Source: an uncultured delta proteobacterium (GTDB lineage Bacteria; Desulfobacterota; Desulfobacteria; Desulfobacterales; JAFDCJ01). Taken from it: a stretch of DNA of 64,000 nt. The position numbers and the translations under genes are program-made. The notes under the pieces were generated by a model, which was not told the DNA's origin, ran no database searches, and saw nothing but the letters and a program-made list of their open reading frames with translations. Shown piece after piece: positions 57,521 to 64,000 of the stretch (positions are counted from its first letter, which is position 1; each line of letters begins with the position of its first letter). The DNA is taken from NCBI GenBank assembly GCA_963710795.1, contig CAVQBT010000067.1, positions 64,232-128,231 on the forward strand, in the 5' to 3' direction.

Positions 57521-58693
57521 TTAATAGCAGATTGTTTTTTGGGGATTGACCTGGCTCATTTGGTGCAGGATATCGGCAATTTTTATGCCGGCCTCTCCAC
57601 TGCCGTAAATTTGTTCACCCGTTGTGCGTTTGGAGTTAATTTGCCGTTTAACTGCCTCGACAATCGCTTCGCGTTCATAGGCTACATCAATCACGTTGCG
57701 TCCTCGAACTCTCATGTTTTGTCGGTTTCCGATATTGACAGCCGGGGTGCCGATAAAAGATCCTTCACGAATAGCACTGCTGGAATTCCCCAGCATGCAA
57801 GCAGATAGGTCCATCAGTTTGACATAAACTGAGACTGGAAGATTCAAAAAGAGATGCAGCCACTCAGGCCTATGAACCTCCCTGAAATGTCTAATTCCTT
57901 TGGAGATTTCATCGGATCCGGCATCGGCATTCGGCCATATCATAATGGTGGGCATTTGAAGCGCTTGCAGGGCAAAAAGCGTTTCATCAATCGATATTTT
58001 ATTCCGGCCGTATTCTGTCGTGACCGGGTGTTGAGATACCAGCAGAAACGACTCTTTTTCGATATCAAATTTCCCGCCGACGCCTTTAAAAGTGGCAAAA
58101 AAACCTTCCTGGTCTATTCTGTCTCCGTTGCGATGGTTTTCAAGGTGTTCTTTAACGATATCGATTCGGGGACACCCCACATTGAACACCATATCTTCAG
58201 GTTCACCGAGCTTAATGATTCTTTGTTTGGCATCATCATTAGCCGGAAAATGAATGTGCGCCATTTTAGTTATAGCATGCCGGATACTTTCATCAATCGT
58301 TCCGGAGACTTCGCCGCCCATGGTATGCGCGATGGGAATGTTCATATAAGAGGCTGCTATGGCCGGTGCCATGACATCGAATCGGTCTCCCACAAGGACT
58401 ATAATATCGGGTTTCAGATTGTCGAAGATCATGCTGCATTCAATCATTCCCAGCCCGGTGGACTTGGCCATTGTAATGGGGTTTTCTCCCTCAACGATCA
58501 TATAGAATTTGGCATCAATGTCAAATCCATCCTCTTTGACAAGCCGCTCAATATTTCCAAAGCGATCTAAAAGGGCCGAACCTCCCAAGATGACCTGAAG
58601 CGTGAGCTCCGGCTTATTTTGAATGGCTCGCATGATTGATAGGCAGGATGAATAGTTTGCGCGTGATCCGACAAATACACAGATTTTTTTCAT
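57521..58693 (-). CDS. neuC: UDP-N-acetylglucosamine 2-epimerase (hydrolysing), NeuC type
   Basis: MKKICVFVGSRANYS...IVLVGDRFD...HTMGGEVSGTIDESIRHAITKMAHIHF are NeuC/SiaA hallmarks. Confidence 0.8.
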   Translation of the reverse strand: MKKICVFVGSRANYSSCLSIMRAIQNKPELTLQVILGGSALLDRFGNIERLVKEDGFDIDAKFYMIVEGENPITMAKSTGLGMIECSMIFDNLKPDIIVLVGDRFDVMAPAIAASYMNIPIAHTMGGEVSGTIDESIRHAITKMAHIHFPANDDAKQRIIKLGEPEDMVFNVGCPRIDIVKEHLENHRNGDRIDQEGFFATFKGVGGKFDIEKESFLLVSQHPVTTEYGRNKISIDETLFALQALQMPTIMIWPNADAGSDEISKGIRHFREVHRPEWLHLFLNLPVSVYVKLMDLSACMLGNSSSAIREGSFIGTPAVNIGNRQNMRVRGRNVIDVAYEREAIVEAVKRQINSKRTTGEQIYGSGEAGIKIADILHQMSQVNPQKTICY

Positions 58694-58721
58694 TTGTTCC
58701 TCTGTTTACACTACGAGTTAA

Positions 58722-59426
58722 TCAGGCTGATTTCCGAGATGCTAAAATCAATTCACATAATTTTAAATCGAAAAGATCGTCAACATCGATGGAACATTCC
58801 TTTCCCATCAGGTAGGGCAGTATTTTTTCGCCATAGATGCTGTGCTTGTCCATCAGGCAACTATAAGTAAAGGCATATATGGCTGCTCCATTGCGGGCGT
58901 AAAAAACAGGCTTTAATTGACGTAAGTTGCAACTTTCATCCATCGGAAGATAGGGAGATAGATGTTCTCCTTCTAATTTCATAATCGAACCCGGTGTGAA
59001 ATTATGGGGGATTTCAACGACACTGATCACAGAGTCCGCCCCGGATCGAATTAATTTGGTTAGCGCCTCATCTATATGATTCTCCGTTCTCAGCGGAGAA
59101 GTGGGCTGGAGAAGTATTATGTAATCAGCGCGATAATTTTCAGTTTCTGCTAACCATTCGATGGCATGCCTGACAACCGGCAGGGCCGGTGTGTCATCCT
59201 GCGCCAGTTCGGCCGGTCGGACAAAAGGTGCTTCCAATCCATAACCTGTGGCTATATTGAGAATCTCCTTGGAATCCGTGCTGATAATGGCCCGGGTTAT
59301 CATTTCGCTTTTTTGGATCGCTTTAATCGTATAATATATTAAGGGCCTGTCGCAAAGCGGGTAGATGTTTTTGCGCGGGATGCCTTTTGATCCTCCCCGG
59401 GCGGGAACAATTGCGAGAATGTTCAT
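58722..59426 (-). CDS. neuA: N-acylneuraminate (nonulosonate) cytidylyltransferase
   Basis: MNILAIVPARGGSKGIPRKNI is the CMP-NeuAc/CMP-Kdo synthetase family N-terminus. An upstream in-frame ATG at 59450 would overlap the neuB stop as ATGA. Confidence 0.75.
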   Translation of the reverse strand: MNILAIVPARGGSKGIPRKNIYPLCDRPLIYYTIKAIQKSEMITRAIISTDSKEILNIATGYGLEAPFVRPAELAQDDTPALPVVRHAIEWLAETENYRADYIILLQPTSPLRTENHIDEALTKLIRSGADSVISVVEIPHNFTPGSIMKLEGEHLSPYLPMDESCNLRQLKPVFYARNGAAIYAFTYSCLMDKHSIYGEKILPYLMGKECSIDVDDLFDLKLCELILASRKSA

Positions 59427-59446
59427 CGAATCACTATCCGTTCTTG

Positions 59447-60469
59447 TCATCCGTTCTTGCCAGATGACAGTATGTTCCACTCTATCATCTTATTTTTCGG
59501 AATTTTTTGAATTGCTTTTTTGCCGAGTAGCTCTTTAAAGCGATTCGCCGGGATACCGTTACCGGGCTTTTTAAATGCCAGATGATGCGCTTCTAAAATG
59601 GTGCCGGCCGCTATTTCCGATTTTGCGACAACGCTTTTTTGAAAGGTGTCTTTCATGGTTTTAAGGGAAAATGCTTTTTGGTCTTTGTCAATATTCATGG
59701 ACAAGGCCGCATCCACATCCCGTATGCTTTGCACCATCAGTTTAAATTCAGATGGTGTCATTGAAAATTGGGCATCCGGGCCATACATCTGTTGGCTGAG
59801 GGTAAAATGCTTCTCAATCACGCTTGCCCCCATAGCCACTGCGGCTATAGGAACCGCACTGCCGATGGTGTGGTCCGAAAGTCCGACTGGCAAAGCATAA
59901 CGCTTTTTTAGGTCCTGCAATACATTTAAGCCTGCCTGTTCCGGCGGGCAGGGATACTCCGATGTACACTGAAGAATGACTATATCCAGGCACCCATGGC
60001 TGCGCAGCGTCTCCACCGCCTCGTCCAGTTCAGACCAGAAACTCATGCCGCTGGACAGCAGAACGGGTTTGCCGGTAGCGGCGATTTTAATCAAGAGCGG
60101 CAGATTGGTAACCTCTCCTGACGCAATTTTATAGGCCCTGACACCGATTGATTCCAATAGATCCACGGCTTCTATCGAAAAAGGAGAAGAAAAAAAATCT
60201 ATTTTACATTGCTTCTCCGCATACAATTTGAGTTTTTGCCACGTCTCCTGATTAAAACCGACCCGGGCAAAGTACTCCTGACGGGTCTCGTCTGAAAAAT
60301 ACGGCGGGTTGGGTGCCTCCGGTAAACTTTCCGCTTCAAACATATGCGTTTGGAACTTAACCGCATCGACCCCGCAATCTGCCGCAGCTTTTATAAAACA
60401 CTTGGCCAAACCTAGCGATCCCTCATGGGTATTTCCAATTTCTGCAATAATTTTGGTCCGTGCTCTCAT
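59447..60469 (-). CDS. neuB: N-acetylneuraminate (nonulosonate) synthase with C-terminal SAF domain
   Basis: ...KIIAEIGNTHEGSLGLAKCFIKAAADCGVDAVKFQTH... (the NeuB TIM barrel) and a C-terminal antifreeze-like/SAF domain. Confidence 0.8.
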   Translation of the reverse strand: MRARTKIIAEIGNTHEGSLGLAKCFIKAAADCGVDAVKFQTHMFEAESLPEAPNPPYFSDETRQEYFARVGFNQETWQKLKLYAEKQCKIDFFSSPFSIEAVDLLESIGVRAYKIASGEVTNLPLLIKIAATGKPVLLSSGMSFWSELDEAVETLRSHGCLDIVILQCTSEYPCPPEQAGLNVLQDLKKRYALPVGLSDHTIGSAVPIAAVAMGASVIEKHFTLSQQMYGPDAQFSMTPSEFKLMVQSIRDVDAALSMNIDKDQKAFSLKTMKDTFQKSVVAKSEIAAGTILEAHHLAFKKPGNGIPANRFKELLGKKAIQKIPKNKMIEWNILSSGKNG

Positions 60470-60491
60470 ACTTAGAAACCTTAAAGCCCTT

Positions 60492-61362
60492 TTAACTGCC
60501 GCACAATTGCCTGAAAAAATCCTCTGACGCGGCAAAGCCGCTGACGGTTATCTTGCCGCTTGGTTCGACATAGCGTTGCACCGCCAGCGGCACTAGTCGT
60601 GATTTTTCAAACAGCAGGCAAAGTGTCACGGGATCGAACAAATAGAAGTGAAGGGATCCCAGGATGTTGTCATTCGGTTCCCGGTAGCGGACGGTCTCTT
60701 TATCCGGAACTTCAACATAAACTAATCCGCATTCAGATAGGCAATCTTTTACATTTTTTAAAAAGTCAACGGGATCCTGGATATGTTCCAGAACCTTAAT
60801 CAGCGTAATTAACTCCTGAGACTCTGCGACAACTAATTTGGAAAAATAATTTTCGATGACCTTAAATTTTCTCAAGCGCTCTCAAATGCTCGCAGGCATA
60901 ATGGTTGGGTTCAACAGCGCTCGCTACCCAATCCGGCGCATTTTCAAGGAATCGATATAAAAATATTCCCGTACCGGATCCTATATCCAGTATGCGCTTG
61001 TTCAGATCAGCGGGTATGAGATGGCTGTAAGTCGAATAAAAATCAGCTAAATAACTTCGAATGCGTTTTACCCGATATTGGTTGTCCGACTTTTCGGGGG
61101 CCAGCGCCAGAATGCGGCTGAAACGCTCCGAAACACTTTCCTTTTCGACTTGTGCGCTGTAGTATTGGTCATCATATAAATACGAAATGTCCTTCCGATC
61201 ATAGTTGTCAATCAACAGCCCGCAGCCTGCACACGCAACCCATGCGCGCCGGTAGTTTTTCTCTGATATTCCTGCTGCGCGCTCAAATCTATCAGGCCTG
61301 TCAATCGTTAAGACAGTTTCTCCCGCAGTTGAGGTGCACAAAGGGCATTCAATTTGTTTCAA
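60492..61362 (-). pseudogene. Class I SAM-dependent methyltransferase split by a -1/+1 frameshift in an A-run (60860-60870)
   Basis: ORF 60862..61362 ends ...LDIGSGTGIFLYRF...ACEHLRALEKI*. ORF 60492..60875 continues (R)KFKVIENYF...DLITLIKVLEHIQDP... (MTase motifs I and II-III). Removing one A from GAGAAAATTT gives a continuous ...LRALEKFKVIENYF... protein. An N-terminal 4-Cys zinc ribbon (CPLC...CAGC) is present. Confidence 0.6.
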
Positions 61363-61465
61363 TTAATTAACTTCCTTTGATCGCATTTTGTCGGATTTCT
61401 TTGGTTTGCCGGTTATCCGCATATAACCCCTTGAGACGTCGTTGATCTTGATACTTGATACCCCG

Positions 61466-62326
61466 CTATTGTTTTTTTACTAGACGCTGTACAATGGGAT
61501 CCAGGTAGCGCAGGATGCTGTTTTTGGCGGCCTTGCGGGGCAGATTTTGCATATAAACCGAAGCGTACTCGGGTTCTATCACCGGATGCGGGCTGGGCGT
61601 CCAGTCAGTGCAGTCATAGCCAATCAGTTCCATGTAGGGTGTAAAGGCCGGTTTGAAAATCTCAACATCCTCTGTGGTGAACCAGTGGCGCCAATCGCCG
61701 GTGGATTTTTTACGAATCACTTTGGCCTTGCCGGACGCACTCGGTACGGTCGCATCGGACTGGACCTCAAATCCCAGGTAGTTGTTGAGGGCGTCAAATT
61801 GGCCGGCGACCATTTCCTCAAAAGTGAAACGAAACCAGTCACTTCCAAGCTCATTGACAAATTTAACCATTTGCTCATAACGGTGTTGTTCCTCTTCAAC
61901 TACCTGATCCACGGATCGGGGCCAACCGTTGTGTCCCGTATAACGACAAATCTCGTAAAAGGGCACGCTGTCAGGATCCGCTTCCTTTTTCAAGACAAGG
62001 TCGATATGGGCCTGGTATTGCTCTTTATGTCCCTTGATGCCCTTGTGCCAGCGATACAGCATGCGACTGACGGCGGCATCGCGGGGATCACGGGCCATCC
62101 AAATCTTACGATCATAATGTTCCTTGCTTAAATGTTCCTGGAAAACTTCGAAGCTTTTACCTTTACGCTCTTCATAGGTATGCTTATAAACTGCATTTTC
62201 GTAATCGCCGATATGTTTGCCCGGACGACCGCCTGAAAATGCATGGCAGTTCGGCAGTCCGCCGGCCACTTTATACACCATGACCGTCGTGCCGGTCTTG
62301 CCGGTTCCCAGTATCAAAATCTTCAT
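61466..62326 (-). CDS. Sulfotransferase (PAPS-dependent), paralog 2
   Basis: LGTGKTGTT P-loop and RDPRDAAVS 3'-PB motif. 286 aa. A tandem paralog of 55173..56051. Confidence 0.75.
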   Translation of the reverse strand: MKILILGTGKTGTTVMVYKVAGGLPNCHAFSGGRPGKHIGDYENAVYKHTYEERKGKSFEVFQEHLSKEHYDRKIWMARDPRDAAVSRMLYRWHKGIKGHKEQYQAHIDLVLKKEADPDSVPFYEICRYTGHNGWPRSVDQVVEEEQHRYEQMVKFVNELGSDWFRFTFEEMVAGQFDALNNYLGFEVQSDATVPSASGKAKVIRKKSTGDWRHWFTTEDVEIFKPAFTPYMELIGYDCTDWTPSPHPVIEPEYASVYMQNLPRKAAKNSILRYLDPIVQRLVKKQ

Positions 62327-62336
62327 ATAAATCCTC

Positions 62337-63758
62337 CTATGGACGGAGCAGAAAAACCTGATCCGATATTTGTTCTGCTTTTATGGTGCTGTTGTCGCCG
62401 AGCACCCGCTGAATTCTGGCTATCCGGTTCGTTAATTCCTGCAGCGAAATGCCGGGATAGCGGTGGCGGTGAAATTCCGGCGGCGCTTGCTTGCCCGGCA
62501 GATGTTTGCGAACGTACTTAACCAGGCGCCGCAAGCCGGCAAAGCCCCTGCCCAAAAGTCGATCGCGCAGCGGTGGTGTCGGTAGATGCGGCTGGCGGTC
62601 CATCTTTATCGCCAGAACATCAACAATGCGCTCACAGGCCAGCGGACCATCCTGCGCCGCTAGATAGTGATTGACCAGCGCCCGGCGTTCATCACCATTG
62701 GCTGCACCAAGCTCGCCGTTAAATATTCGGGTCAGCGTTTCCCGCAGCTGATCAACATCGAAACATTGATGACTGATTAAATTGGGCAGCCGGTAGAATC
62801 CCATATCGTATGTTTCTTCGATCTCGGCCCGATAGGATATTGCCGGAACGCCCATCATATAGGCTTCCACCCCGGTGGTACAGCCGTTGTGGATAACAAC
62901 GTCGGTTGCCATGAGCCAGGGAACCACATTGCCTTCGTTGGTGACCCGGACCCGTTGGCATTCCCCGGCGATATCCTGGTAAACCTGCTGATTTTCCGTC
63001 GGGTGCGGCCGGACAATTATCGTGTGATCGGGAAAAGTCCGGTCCAGCATGGGAATCATTTCCTTGAAGGTGTTCAAAACAGCCTGCTTGTGATCCCGCA
63101 GTCCTTCGGCATATTCTCTGCTCATTCCGACGGCCGCTTTGCCGAATTGAGGCGGTTTCCCGGCAGTTTTGACCGGTCGAAACAGGTTCTGGGCCGGGAA
63201 AAAGGCATTCACATGGTTGAAATTGGTATTGACCAGGATAAAATTGCCATAGGTTTGACGTATTTCCGCTACTTCCGGTTTGTAAAAGGACCGCAATTCG
63301 GGCCGCAGCATATCACTGCGGGGATTGCCGGTGACATGAATCGGCATGTCCGGCGGAAGGCCGGGGTACTGGCGCCATAATTCGGCATTATCCTCGCCCC
63401 AGGCAAACAGGTGCGAGTTGTATCGAATCGCAATCGGCGAAAGCCTGCGGGAATAATAGGTTTCAGCCGGCAGATGAACCAAAGCCTCTTCATCCCAGGT
63501 CAGAATCTCGTGGCCCATTTTTTCCATGATTCGAAACATTTTCAGATTGCGTTCGGTCATGCTTTTGTTGAGATACAAGCTTTGCGGAAAAGATGTAATC
63601 TGAAAATCAACTTCGCGGTGAGATCCGATTATAACCGCAAATCCGCGCTGCACGGCAATGCAGGCCAGCAACAACTTGGGGTCAAGCTCGCGTACCTGGT
63701 TTTCGACCGGTATGATGAGACACGCTTTGGCGTTATTTATGTTTGCGAGATTTCTCAT
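62337..63758 (-). CDS. Capsule-polysaccharide-biosynthesis-family protein (KpsS/KpsC-like), paralog 2
   Basis: Shares ...LIIPVENQVRELDPKLLLACIA..., IVRPHPTENQQVYQDIA and VIHNGCTTGVEA with paralog 1. GGGAGA SD before the ATG at 63758. Confidence 0.45.
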   Translation of the reverse strand: MRNLANINNAKACLIIPVENQVRELDPKLLLACIAVQRGFAVIIGSHREVDFQITSFPQSLYLNKSMTERNLKMFRIMEKMGHEILTWDEEALVHLPAETYYSRRLSPIAIRYNSHLFAWGEDNAELWRQYPGLPPDMPIHVTGNPRSDMLRPELRSFYKPEVAEIRQTYGNFILVNTNFNHVNAFFPAQNLFRPVKTAGKPPQFGKAAVGMSREYAEGLRDHKQAVLNTFKEMIPMLDRTFPDHTIIVRPHPTENQQVYQDIAGECQRVRVTNEGNVVPWLMATDVVIHNGCTTGVEAYMMGVPAISYRAEIEETYDMGFYRLPNLISHQCFDVDQLRETLTRIFNGELGAANGDERRALVNHYLAAQDGPLACERIVDVLAIKMDRQPHLPTPPLRDRLLGRGFAGLRRLVKYVRKHLPGKQAPPEFHRHRYPGISLQELTNRIARIQRVLGDNSTIKAEQISDQVFLLRP

Positions 63759-63831
63759 GTTTTCTTTCTCCCGGAGACGTGTCAACCCTGACGGCCATTC
63801 CGCCGGCATTCAGCAAAGGTTGCCGGGATGG

Positions 63832-63990
63832 ATTCAACTGCTCAGGCGGATATTCGAAAGAGCACGTCACTGAGTTGCTCAACTTTCAGCTTGGCAGTAT
63901 CTCCGATGATCTGCTGGATACGTTCTATTTTGTTGTTCAGCGCGCCAAGGGATATTCCCGGGAATCGATGGCGCTGAAACTCCGGTCGAT
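63832..63990 (-). CDS. Third KpsS/KpsC-like paralog, C-terminal 52 codons only (gene runs off the window end)
   Basis: The reverse complement reads ...NTHNRPEFQRHRFPGISLGALNNKIERIQQIIGDTAKLKVEQLSDVLFRISA*, homologous to the C-termini of the two paralogs (NRPDFLRHRYPDISIDD...RISAG). Confidence 0.5.
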
Positions 63991-64000
63991 TGTGAGTATT

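Overview
This window looks like chromosome from a Desulfobacterota-like (deltaproteobacterial) anaerobe. That guess rests on selenoprotein usage, a PEP-CTERM protein, many REC/PAS signalling genes and roughly 50% GC, and is low confidence. I found no rRNA, tRNA or CRISPR array.

Gene content, left to right:
- 1-11.4 kb: a hydroxyproline/proline-peptide scavenging locus. It contains a TctC-type binding protein, a proline-racemase-family enzyme with the Cys/Thr catalytic pair expected of a trans-3-hydroxy-L-proline dehydratase, a complete Dpp/Opp-type peptide ABC transporter, a Xaa-Pro aminopeptidase and a YbaK/ProX deacylase.
- 11.5-13.1 kb: an orphan FliY-like protein (two CheC/CheX-like domains fused to a FliN domain).
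- 16.0-16.6 kb: a decayed ornithine aminotransferase gene.
- 19.7-22.6 kb: a four-gene minus-strand operon of a PTPS/QueD-like enzyme, a Zn-dependent dehydrogenase, a RibD_C reductase and a CDP-alcohol phosphatidyltransferase.
- 23.1-26.7 kb: topoisomerase III and a PEP-CTERM secreted protein.
- 26.8-31.2 kb: a mobile island inserted at the 3' end of a flotillin (yqiK-like) gene. It is bracketed by a roughly 440-bp direct duplication of the gene end. It carries a decayed IS200/RAYT-like Y1 transposase (fused to a DnaA_C-like HTH) with REP-like hairpin ends, a ParB-like protein plus Cys-rich partner, and a Phd/VapC toxin-antitoxin pair.
- 31-34.6 kb: a NfeD/flotillin pair and PspA.
- 35-41 kb: SurE, Gpt, Upp and PriA.
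- 41.3-42.0 kb: a DUF1573-like secreted protein with an in-frame UGA exactly where the family's first conserved Cys of a 'CGC' motif should be. This is a strong selenoprotein candidate.
- 42.7-47.6 kb: a small tandem zinc-ribbon protein, a PAS histidine kinase, a response regulator and a lipoprotein.
- 47.7-53.6 kb: a DUF4015-like glycoside hydrolase, and an AAA/DUF234 ATPase plus membrane protein sitting between a secreted-protein gene and a truncated paralog of it.
- 53.9 kb to the window end: a surface-glycan locus encoding NeuC, NeuA, NeuB, a GT4 glycosyltransferase and a frameshifted methyltransferase. It also holds a tandemly duplicated two-gene module (KpsS/KpsC-like capsule-synthesis-family protein + sulfotransferase; two full copies, a third starting at the window edge). 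This points to a sulfated nonulosonic-acid-containing polymer.

Intergenic regions carry an unusual set of short degenerate tandem 'word' repeats, plus a roughly 200-bp structured repeat present twice, one copy interrupted by a nested palindromic element.

The three observations I rank highest are the Sec-DUF1573 candidate, the tandemly duplicated KpsS-like/sulfotransferase modules in the Neu locus, and the flotillin-gene-end mobile island with its ParB-like/Cys-rich cargo.
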